From an uncultured Acidobacteriota bacterium (lineage in GTDB: Bacteria; Acidobacteriota; Thermoanaerobaculia; Multivoradales; UBA5704), in assembly GCA_963770895.1 (NCBI GenBank), contig CAVYRF010000002.1:1696001-1760000 (forward strand): a DNA stretch of 64,000 nucleotides, written 5' to 3'. The translations under genes were made by a program, and so were the position numbers. Shown piece after piece: positions 38,798 through 47,127 of the stretch (position 1 is its first letter; every line of letters starts with the position of its first letter). Under the pieces are notes generated by a model. That model saw only the letters and a list, made by a program, of their open reading frames with translations. It was not told the origin of the DNA and did not search any database.

Positions 38798-40909
38798 TCA
38801 GTTGGGCGTCAGCGCAAAAAGCCCGCCGCTCCCTTCGACGCCGGCATAGATGGTGGTTCCTGTCAGCGGATTGGCGGCCACGGTGAGGACCGAAGAGGCC
38901 GGCAGACCGATGCCCAGCGGCGCCCAGGTGACACCGCGATCGAGCGAGGCGAAGACTCCTTGGGAGGTCGCGGCGTAGAGTCCGGGCGCGGGCGACCCGG
39001 CGCCCACCGTGAGCGCCCGCGCGGTGCGGGCCGGCAGGCCCGAACCCGGCGCCTGCCAGGTCTGGCCGCCGTCCGCGCTGGCGACGAACGTGCCGTCGAC
39101 CTGGATGCCGTAGAGGCGCTGCGGTTGCACCGGGTCGACGATCAGGTCCAGCAAGGTCTCTGCCGTGGGCAAAAGGCTCCAGGTCCTGCCGCCGTCCACG
39201 GTCTTGATCAGCGTCCCGGCCTCGCCAAGATAGGCGGTCCGCGCGTCGACGGGGTCGATGCGGACGAACCAGCCGGCTGGGCTGGGGATCAGCGTGGTGG
39301 TCAGCGGGATGTCGATGGGCGGGAGGTTTTCGGCGACGCTCCAGCTGGCGCCGCCGTCGGCGCTGATCGCCACCGCGGCCTGGCAATCCTCGGGGCACGG
39401 CAGGCCGCGCGGCTCGACCAGGTAGCCGGCGGCGAAGAGCGTTCGCGGGGCGGTGGGTGCCGCCGCCACGTCGAAGGCGACGATGCCGAGAGTCGTCCGG
39501 GGCTGCCAGGTGGCGCCCACGTTGCTGGTGTGGAAGAGAGCCGTCGAGCCGGACGCCGGGAGGTTGCCGGCGGCCTGAAACACCGGTGCGGCCAGAGCAT
39601 AGGCAGCCCGTGCCGCGGCCGGATCGGCCACCGGCCGCTGCACCGGCGGCAGGCCGCCGACGACCTTCCAGCTGGCGCCGCCGTCCGCACTGACCCGGAA
39701 CGTCGACGTCGGCAGCATCGGGGGCCGCGCCGCCGTCGGGCTGAGCAGTGCGACCGCGTACAGCAGGCCGGTGGTAGACGGATCGAGGGCCAGCGCGGTG
39801 ACCGAGCTGGCGTCAATGCGGTTGCCTTGCGGGCTCCAGCCGCCGCCGGTGAGCGGCCCATGGAAGATGCCGTCCGGCACCGCGGCGGCGTAGGCGCGCT
39901 GCGGGCGCAGAGGATCGCCCAGCAGGGCGGAGAACGGCGAACCGCTGAGCACCAGGTTCCACGTCGCGCCGTCGTCCGTGCTCTTCCACAGACGGCCGCG
40001 TGCGCGATCGGTCGCTGCGTAGAGGGCTCCCGGTGCGTCGAACGCAAAGGTCACGGCAGTGTAGGTGGCGGCCGGCAAGCCGGCGACCCGCGACCAGACG
40101 CCGCCGCCGTTGCGGGTGACGAACAGGGCGACGTCGGTGGCGGCGATGGCGGTGCCCGGCCGCGCCGGGTCCACCGCCAGGCCGAACACCTGCGAGGCGC
40201 CGGGCAGCCCGACCTCCCGCCAGTTCTCGCCGCCGCTGCGGCTGATCAGCGCCACGCCGGCGCTGCCCAGGTAGACATGCTGCGGCGAAAGGGTATCCAC
40301 CGCCAGCACGGATAGCGGGAGCAAGCCGCCGAAGTCCCTTTCCAACGTCCACGTGCTGCCGCCGTCGTCGCTGCGATAGACGGCGTCCGCGTCCGCAACA
40401 TAGAGCGTGTCCGGTGCCGAGGGAGCGACAGCGAAGGCGGTCGGGATGCCCCCGAAGCCCGTCTGGTGCCAGCTGGTGGCGGCATCGTCCGAGCGGAAGA
40501 GGCCGCTTTCGGTGCCGGCATACAGGGTGGAGGCGCCGGCGGCCGGACTGGCCGCCAGGGCTCTGACGTTCACGCCGGCGAGGCCGGCGTTTGCCGGCTG
40601 CCAGGTGGCGCCGCGATCGGAGGTGCGAAACACCCCGCCGTAGGCAGTGCCGGCAAACACGGTGGGCGAGCCGGCCACCGCCGCCAACACCTGAACGTCG
40701 CTGCCGCCCGGCGGAATCGGCACCCAGGCGGCGCTGGCCGTGGCCGCGGCCGCGACTCCAGCCCCAGGCCCAGGCTCAGCCGCCACCCCAGCCGCCAGCG
40801 AAAGGAGAATCCAGAGACCTGGAATGAGGATCGGACGATGAAACAACCGTGCGTTCGACAAACGTTTCCCCCTGCGGCGGACCCACCGCCGTTGGGCGCT
40901 ATCGCCCAT
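38798..40909 (-). CDS. Secreted BNR/Asp-box beta-propeller protein
   Basis: Repeated SxDGGxTW motifs; signal peptide; start uncertain. Confidence 0.85.
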   Translation of the reverse strand: MGDSAQRRWVRRRGKRLSNARLFHRPILIPGLWILLSLAAGVAAEPGPGAGVAAAATASAAWVPIPPGGSDVQVLAAVAGSPTVFAGTAYGGVFRTSDRGATWQPANAGLAGVNVRALAASPAAGASTLYAGTESGLFRSDDAATSWHQTGFGGIPTAFAVAPSAPDTLYVADADAVYRSDDGGSTWTLERDFGGLLPLSVLAVDTLSPQHVYLGSAGVALISRSGGENWREVGLPGASQVFGLAVDPARPGTAIAATDVALFVTRNGGGVWSRVAGLPAATYTAVTFAFDAPGALYAATDRARGRLWKSTDDGATWNLVLSGSPFSALLGDPLRPQRAYAAAVPDGIFHGPLTGGGWSPQGNRIDASSVTALALDPSTTGLLYAVALLSPTAARPPMLPTSTFRVSADGGASWKVVGGLPPVQRPVADPAAARAAYALAAPVFQAAGNLPASGSTALFHTSNVGATWQPRTTLGIVAFDVAAAPTAPRTLFAAGYLVEPRGLPCPEDCQAAVAISADGGASWSVAENLPPIDIPLTTTLIPSPAGWFVRIDPVDARTAYLGEAGTLIKTVDGGRTWSLLPTAETLLDLIVDPVQPQRLYGIQVDGTFVASADGGQTWQAPGSGLPARTARALTVGAGSPAPGLYAATSQGVFASLDRGVTWAPLGIGLPASSVLTVAANPLTGTTIYAGVEGSGGLFALTPN

Positions 40910-41111
40910 TCTTAAGCACTGCCATTACATTGATCTACGCGGGGATGGCCTTGGACGTCTAGTACGGGCGCGCCGGCCGGCCGCGGGCTTGGTTGGAGCC
41001 TGGTCGCGTCCCGCACGCCTCGCACGCCGCCGCCGCTTGACTGGCGGCAAAAACTGCCTAGACTGCCTATTGGCCTTCGATATTGAAGCATTTCGGACCA
41101 TGGGAGAGCAC

Positions 41112-41444
41112 ATGCAGAAGTCTGCCGAGCTGGTACAGGGAACGCTGGATCTGCTGATCTTGCGGACGTTGGCTCTGGGGCGGCGGCACGGCGTGGGCAT
41201 CGCCGACCGCATCGGACAGGTGACGCGCGGGGTGTTCAACGTCAAGCCCGGCTCGCTGTTCCCGGCACTGCACCGGTTGGCGGCCAAGGGCTGGATCGAA
41301 GGCGAGTGGGGCGAAACCGAAGACGGGCACCGCGCCAAGTTCTACGTCCTGACCAGCTCCGGCCGCCGGCAGCTGGCGATCGAAACGCGCACCTTCCGCA
41401 GGGTCTTCGCCGCCTTGAACCGGGTTGTCGAAGGGGAAACCTGA
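41112..41444 (+). CDS. PadR family regulator (acidobacterial type)
   Basis: LVQGTLDLLILRTL, GSLFPALHRL, AKFYVLT..GRRQL; abuts the ADOP permease. Confidence 0.92.
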   Translation: MQKSAELVQGTLDLLILRTLALGRRHGVGIADRIGQVTRGVFNVKPGSLFPALHRLAAKGWIEGEWGETEDGHRAKFYVLTSSGRRQLAIETRTFRRVFAALNRVVEGET

Positions 41445-44117
41445 TTGACGCCGCCGCTCAGGAAGCTGCTGGGCGGCCGGCGCCGGCGCGAAGAAGACCT
41501 GGATGCGGAGCTGCGAGCCGCCTTTGACATCCTGGTCCGGCAGTACGCTCAATCGATGCCGCTGGCGGACGCCAGGCGGCAGGCCCGGCTTGAATTCGGG
41601 GCCTTCGATCCGATCAAGGAGAACGTGCGCCGGGTGGCGGTGGTCCAGGCCGCCCTCCACACCGTCGGGCAGGATCTGCGGCACGCCCTGCGCGCGCTCG
41701 GGCGGGACCGCGGCTTTACCGCCGTGGCCCTGCTGTCGCTGGCGCTGGGCATCGGCGCCAACTCCGCGATCTTCACCTTTTTCAATGCGGTCCTGCTGCG
41801 CCCCGTCGCCGCCCGCCAGCCGGCGCAGCTGATCGCGATCTACACCAAGGCGGCCGGCGGCCCGATGCTGCTGCGCAACTCGCTGCCCAACTATCGCGAC
41901 CTGTGCGCCCGCAGCCGCGCCTTTGCAGGGATCGCCGCCTTCACCGGCGCGGGCTTGTTGGTCAATCGCAGCGGCAAGGGCGGGCCCGAGCAGGAGCACG
42001 CCCAGCTGGTTTCCGACAACTACTTTTCCGTCCTCGGCGTACCGCTCCGGGGCCACGGATTCAGCGCCGGGGCGGTCGATCCGTCGGGCGGTCCCGGCGA
42101 AGTGGTGATCTCCGATCGCCTGAGGCGCCTGCTGCACGGTGGCGGGCACGCAGCCTTGGGCGGCGTCCTGCAGGTCAACGGCCAGGCGCTCGCGATCGTC
42201 GGCGTCGCGCCGCCCGGCTTCTCCGGTCTCAACCTGCTGGCGCCGGCGGAGATATGGCTGCCGGTGCGGCTGGCCCGGCGGCTGGGCGTCGACAACTTTG
42301 GCGGCTTCACCGGCTCACGCCGGATGGGAGTGTTCGACGTCGTCGGGCGCCTGCGACCGGGCGTCAGCCGGGAAGCGGCGGACGCCGAGATGCGCCGCCT
42401 GGGCGCCGATCTCGCGGCGCGCTTTCCGGTCGAAAACCGCGGGCGAACCTTCCGCCTGCTGGGGCCCGAATCGTCCGCCATCGACCCCAACGTGCGGGAC
42501 GGCTACGTCGGCGGCGGCGTGGTCTCGCTGCTGGCCGCCGGTGCGGCGCTGGCGGTCGCCTGCGCCAACCTCGCCGGCCTGCTGATCGCGCGCGGTGCCG
42601 GGCGCCGCAGGGAAATCGCTGTGCGGCTCGCCCTGGGCGCGACCCGCGGCCGGCTGATCCGCATGTTGCTGACCGAAAGCCTGCTGCTGGCGCTGGCCGG
42701 CGGCGCGAGCGGCCTGCTGCTGGCGCTCTGGATCCGGGGCGCCCTGTGGTCCTTGCGGCCGCCGACCTTTCCGCCGTCGCTGCAGATCGGCATCGACGGC
42801 CGGGTGCTGCTGTTCACCCTGGCACTGGCGCTGGCGACGGGAGCACTCTTCGGCCTTGCGCCGGCGCTCCAGCTGTCGCGCCCCCATCTGACCGAAGCGC
42901 TCAAGAATGCGTCGGGTCGCCCCGCCGGTCGAGGCGCGCGCCGTCCGCGCCTGGGCAGCCTGCTGGTGGCGGCCCAGGTGGCGTTCGCGATGCTGCCGCT
43001 GTTCGGCGCCGGCCTGTTTCTGCGCAGCTTCGACGACGCCGGGCGGTTGGACCCCGGTTTCCGCCTCGACCAGGAGGTCGTGGTGGCTTTCGACCTGGCC
43101 ACCGCCGGCGATTCGGAGCCGCGCGGAGAAGAGCTCTATCGTCGTGTCGCCGGTCAGGTCCGCGCGCTTCCCGGAGTCGCCGCCGTGGCGCTGGCGGAGA
43201 GCCTCAACCTCTACCCGTTCGGCTACGTCATGCGCACGGTGTTTCGCGGCAAGGACCATGACTTCGCGCGGGCCACGATGGTCTATTCCACCGTCGTCAC
43301 CGCCACGTACTTCGACACGCTGGGCATACCGCTGCTGGAGGGGCGTCTGTTCACCGATGCCGGCGGTCCCGGGGAGCTCTCCGAGGTGGTCGTCAACAGC
43401 GCGATGGCGCAGCGCTTCTGGCCGGGGGAGTCGGCCGTCGGCAAGCGGATCTACCTGTTTGGCTCCGATGAGCCGGTGGCGATCGTGGGCGTGGTGCGCG
43501 ATGCCAGGTACCTGTCGTTGCTGGAGGAGCGGCAGCCCTGTCTGTACCTGCCTCTGGCGCAGATCTTCACCACTCCGATCTACGTGCACGTGCGCGGCCG
43601 CCCGCGCGCCGATCCGGCGGCGCTGCTGCTCCTGGTGCGCAAGACGATCCGCGGCCTGGCTCCCAACGTCGCGCTCGGCAGCGCCTTCACCATGCGGGAG
43701 GTGTACAGGCGCAGCCTGTGGGCCCCCCGCCTGGGTGCCGCCGTGCTCGCAAGCTTCGCCGCGCTGGTGTTGGTGCTGGTGGCGATCGGGCTTTACGGCG
43801 CGGTCTCCCAGGCGGTCCGCCACCAGCGCCGGGAGCTGGGGATCCGCATGGCTCTGGGCGCCAGCAGGTGGACGATCATGAAATCCGTGCTGAAGGCTGG
43901 CATCGTCCCGGCCACTGCCGGCCTCGCCGCGGGCACGGCGGGTTCGGCGCTGATCGCCCCGGCGGTGTCGCGCTTTCTTTTCAAGCTGAGCGGCGGCGAC
44001 GGGCCGGTGCTCGCCACCGCCGTGTTCGTGCTGGTTGCCGCCGGCTGGATCGCCAGCCTGTCCGCCGCGCATCGCACCGCGGCGATCGACCCCGTCGACG
44101 TCATCAAGCAGGAGTAG
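41445..44117 (+). CDS. ADOP-family duplicated ABC permease
   Basis: Same motifs as 30950-33616; starts immediately after the padR stop. Confidence 0.9.
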   Translation: MTPPLRKLLGGRRRREEDLDAELRAAFDILVRQYAQSMPLADARRQARLEFGAFDPIKENVRRVAVVQAALHTVGQDLRHALRALGRDRGFTAVALLSLALGIGANSAIFTFFNAVLLRPVAARQPAQLIAIYTKAAGGPMLLRNSLPNYRDLCARSRAFAGIAAFTGAGLLVNRSGKGGPEQEHAQLVSDNYFSVLGVPLRGHGFSAGAVDPSGGPGEVVISDRLRRLLHGGGHAALGGVLQVNGQALAIVGVAPPGFSGLNLLAPAEIWLPVRLARRLGVDNFGGFTGSRRMGVFDVVGRLRPGVSREAADAEMRRLGADLAARFPVENRGRTFRLLGPESSAIDPNVRDGYVGGGVVSLLAAGAALAVACANLAGLLIARGAGRRREIAVRLALGATRGRLIRMLLTESLLLALAGGASGLLLALWIRGALWSLRPPTFPPSLQIGIDGRVLLFTLALALATGALFGLAPALQLSRPHLTEALKNASGRPAGRGARRPRLGSLLVAAQVAFAMLPLFGAGLFLRSFDDAGRLDPGFRLDQEVVVAFDLATAGDSEPRGEELYRRVAGQVRALPGVAAVALAESLNLYPFGYVMRTVFRGKDHDFARATMVYSTVVTATYFDTLGIPLLEGRLFTDAGGPGELSEVVVNSAMAQRFWPGESAVGKRIYLFGSDEPVAIVGVVRDARYLSLLEERQPCLYLPLAQIFTTPIYVHVRGRPRADPAALLLLVRKTIRGLAPNVALGSAFTMREVYRRSLWAPRLGAAVLASFAALVLVLVAIGLYGAVSQAVRHQRRELGIRMALGASRWTIMKSVLKAGIVPATAGLAAGTAGSALIAPAVSRFLFKLSGGDGPVLATAVFVLVAAGWIASLSAAHRTAAIDPVDVIKQE

Positions 44118-44167
44118 AGCGGCAGCGCCTCACGCCAGCCCGTCCCGGCGGTGGTTCAAAATGCAGG

Positions 44168-44187
44168 CATAGCATGTCTATGCTATG
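44168..44187. promoter_or_regulatory. Operator-like inverted repeat CATAGCAT-N4-ATGCTATG overlapping a TATGAT -10
   Basis: Perfect 8-bp IR read directly. Confidence 0.5.
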
Positions 44188-44247
44188 ATGGACGTGGCAA
44201 GCCGGGGAAGCAGGGAAGCGGCGATGGCAATCCTGGGGGGGAGGGCG

Positions 44248-46302
44248 ATGGCAACGACACAAGCGGCGACGACGTCCTGGAAGCGATGGACCGGCATGCT
44301 CCTGCTGGGCCTGGCCTGGAGCGGTCCGGTGGCGGCGCAGCGCTGGGTTTCGGTCGGCCCGGCCGGCGGGGTGGGTGGCCAGCTGACGGCGGCGAGCGCC
44401 GATGCGAGCCGCGTCTACCTGCTCGGCCGGAGGCCCTCCGATACCTCGCTGGCGCTCTACGCCAGCGGCAATGGCGGACGCAGCTGGCAGACGGTGCCCG
44501 GACCGGCGCTCGCGGCGCTCTTCGCCGTCGACCCGGCGCGGGCCGACACCCTGTTCGGCCTGGTCATGGACGGTTCCCAGGCGCACCTGAGCAAGAGCGT
44601 CGACGGCGGCCTGCAGTGGCAGCCCGCCGACGCCGGCCTCGACGGCGACGCGGATCCTTTCACCGTCAACGCGGTGGTCTTTGACTCCCCGACCGGCGGC
44701 TCGCTGCTGGCGGCCACCGACGACGGCCTGTTTGCGAGCCAGGACGGCGGCGACTCCTGGCAGGTGCTGGCGCCGTTGGCCGGCGTGCCGACCGGCGCCC
44801 TGGCGGTTTCGCCGGTGCCGCCGTCGCACTGGCTTGCCGCGGTGGAGCTCCCTCTGCCCGGCAGCGCCAACTGCGACCCGGACACCGCGACGTGCACCTA
44901 CGCCGACGTGCTGGAGAGCGTCGACCGCGGTGCCACCTGGCGGTCCACCCACTATCCCGCGCCCGACGCCGTGATCACCCAGCTGGTGGCCGGCGCCGCC
45001 TGGCAGGCAGCCCTGGCCGGCGGCCAGGTGATGCGGCGCCGCCCCGGCGGCGCCTGGCAGCCCGGCGCAGCGCTCCCCGACGCGGCCTTGCAGCTGGCGC
45101 GTTCGCCGGACGACGTGCTGTATGCGGCGACCGGCGTGGGGGTCTTTTACAGTCTGGACGGCGCCCGGTCGTGGCTGCCACGCGTTGCCAAGGCGCAGCC
45201 CCACGCGGGCGTCGATTCCATCGTCGTGCTCGCGGATGCGACGCGTACCGTCCTGGCGTCGGGACAGGACCTGTGGCGCTCGGAAGACCGGGGCCACACC
45301 TGGCTGGACTCCAGCACCGGCCTTTCGGGTCAGTTCATCGAGGCCCTGGCGGTGGCCGCCGACTCCAACGTCTACGCCGGGCTCTTCCCCCAGGGAGTGA
45401 TGACCACCGCCAACCAGGGCGCGTCGTGGCTGCCGCTCAACCAGGGGCTGGGCGTCGACCGGCTGCCGCCGTTCGTCGACGACACCGCTTCGTTCGGCAT
45501 CAACGACCTGGCCGCCGATCCGCACGATGCGGCGCGGGTCTACCTGCTGCTCGCCAAAGGCCAGACCAACCAGGTTGCGCGCCTCGCCGCCGGCGGCCAA
45601 GGCTGGGAGCTGCGGCCGCCGCTGCCGCTCGCCGCCCACTCCTTTGCCGGCGCCGTCCGCGTCGATCCGTCGACCGCCGGCAGCCTGTACGTGCTGGCCC
45701 AGGAGCCGGCGTCCGGCGACAACTACACCGCGGTCCTGCTGCACAGCAGCAACGACGGCCTCAGCTGGCGCCGGTTGCTGACCGACCCCCTGGCGATCTC
45801 CTCGCTGGCCATCGATCCGCGGCAAGCCGGCACCCTGTACGCCTGGACCTTCACCCGCGGCATCCTCAAGAGCACCAACCTCGGCGCCACCTGGCGGCAG
45901 ATCGGCACCCAGCTGCCCAGCATCTCCAGCAGCCTGGCCGACACCCTGGCCCTGGACCCCCAACAACCGCAAAACCTGTACGCCGGCACCATCCACGGCG
46001 TGTACGCCAGCCACGACGCCGGCGCCACCTTCTCCCCCATCACCAGCGGCCTGCCGCAGGTGACCTACAGCCGCAAGCTGATCGTCGATCCGCAATCCCC
46101 GGCCGACCTGTACCTGCTCGATCAATCCGGCTTCTATCGCTGGAACGCCGCGACCCCTGTCTGGGTCGCCGACGACAGCGGCCTTCCCGATCCCAGCTTC
46201 CTGGCGCAACTGACCATCGACCCACAGCACGCCGGCCTGCTCTACGTCGGCACCGACAGCCACGGCATCTACCGCCTGCAGATCGGCTCTGGATCGCCAT
46301 AG
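44248..46302 (+). CDS. Secreted BNR/Asp-box beta-propeller protein
   Basis: Repeated SxDxGxTW motifs; signal peptide; GGGAGG RBS before ATG 44248. Confidence 0.85.
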   Translation: MATTQAATTSWKRWTGMLLLGLAWSGPVAAQRWVSVGPAGGVGGQLTAASADASRVYLLGRRPSDTSLALYASGNGGRSWQTVPGPALAALFAVDPARADTLFGLVMDGSQAHLSKSVDGGLQWQPADAGLDGDADPFTVNAVVFDSPTGGSLLAATDDGLFASQDGGDSWQVLAPLAGVPTGALAVSPVPPSHWLAAVELPLPGSANCDPDTATCTYADVLESVDRGATWRSTHYPAPDAVITQLVAGAAWQAALAGGQVMRRRPGGAWQPGAALPDAALQLARSPDDVLYAATGVGVFYSLDGARSWLPRVAKAQPHAGVDSIVVLADATRTVLASGQDLWRSEDRGHTWLDSSTGLSGQFIEALAVAADSNVYAGLFPQGVMTTANQGASWLPLNQGLGVDRLPPFVDDTASFGINDLAADPHDAARVYLLLAKGQTNQVARLAAGGQGWELRPPLPLAAHSFAGAVRVDPSTAGSLYVLAQEPASGDNYTAVLLHSSNDGLSWRRLLTDPLAISSLAIDPRQAGTLYAWTFTRGILKSTNLGATWRQIGTQLPSISSSLADTLALDPQQPQNLYAGTIHGVYASHDAGATFSPITSGLPQVTYSRKLIVDPQSPADLYLLDQSGFYRWNAATPVWVADDSGLPDPSFLAQLTIDPQHAGLLYVGTDSHGIYRLQIGSGSP

Positions 46303-46312
46303 CGGAGACCGC

Positions 46313-46341
46313 TTGCGCCCATTGCAGGCATCGCCTACAAT
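46313..46341 (+). promoter_or_regulatory. Sigma70-type promoter with an embedded operator for the TA operon
   Basis: TTGCGC-17bp-TACAAT; IR TTGCAGGC-ATC-GCCTACAA in the spacer; ATG 6 nt after the -10. Confidence 0.6.
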
Positions 46342-46347
46342 ACATGC

Positions 46348-46590
46348 ATGCAATACACGCTGAGAGATATTCCGCCCTTCCTGGATTCTGAGCTGCGCCG
46401 GCGGGCGAAGGTCGAAGGCAAGAGCCTGAACGCTGTTGCCCTCGAATCCCTGGCGCGTGGCGTTGGCCTGAACGACATGCCGCGGCGCTACCGCGATCTG
46501 AGCGATATCGCGGGTACCTGGAAGGAAGACCCCGAGTTCGACAAGGTGATCGCCGACCACGACCAGATCGACGAAGGTCTTTGGCGGTGA
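46348..46590 (+). CDS. RHH (Arc/FitA-like) antitoxin
   Basis: QYTLRDIP..LRRRAKVEGKSLN; GTGA overlap with the PIN gene. Confidence 0.85.
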   Translation: MQYTLRDIPPFLDSELRRRAKVEGKSLNAVALESLARGVGLNDMPRRYRDLSDIAGTWKEDPEFDKVIADHDQIDEGLWR

Positions 46591-46970
46591 GGCTCGCTCT
46601 CGATACCAATCGCTATACCGACCTGTGTCGCGGGACCGACCAGGCGCAGGCAACGGTCGAAAGCGCAGAGGCAGTGCTGCTGCCCTTTGTCGTGCTCGCC
46701 GAGTTGCGCGCCGGCTTTGCCGCGGGCACGCGTGCCTCTGACAATGAGCGCGTCCTCCAGCGGTTTCTCATGAAGCCCCAAGTGCAGGTGCTCTTCGCGG
46801 ACGCGCAAACGATCCCCCACTACGTCGCCGCCTATCGCCAGCTGCGGCATCAGGGAACTCCAATCCCGACCAACGACCTTTGGATCGCCGCGCTGGTGCT
46901 GCAGCACGATCTCGTGCTGTTCGCACGCGATCGTCACTTCGACCAGCTGCCCCAAATCGCGCGCGCCTGA
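46587..46970 (+). CDS. vapC: VapC PIN-domain toxin
   Basis: LDTN, VLAEL, PTNDLWIAA, RDRHF. Confidence 0.9.
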   Translation: MRLALDTNRYTDLCRGTDQAQATVESAEAVLLPFVVLAELRAGFAAGTRASDNERVLQRFLMKPQVQVLFADAQTIPHYVAAYRQLRHQGTPIPTNDLWIAALVLQHDLVLFARDRHFDQLPQIARA

Positions 46971-47127
46971 GTACACAGCGGAGGTGCGGTCCAGGCGCTG
47001 CCGATCGGCCTGCGAATCGTCACCTCTGAGACACGAAAATTCACCTCAAGTTCGCAGTGCCGTGATGGCCGGGCGGTACGGTGGTCAAGCTCGTAGGTTC
47101 GCTGAACAACCTGAGAGGGAGATCATC

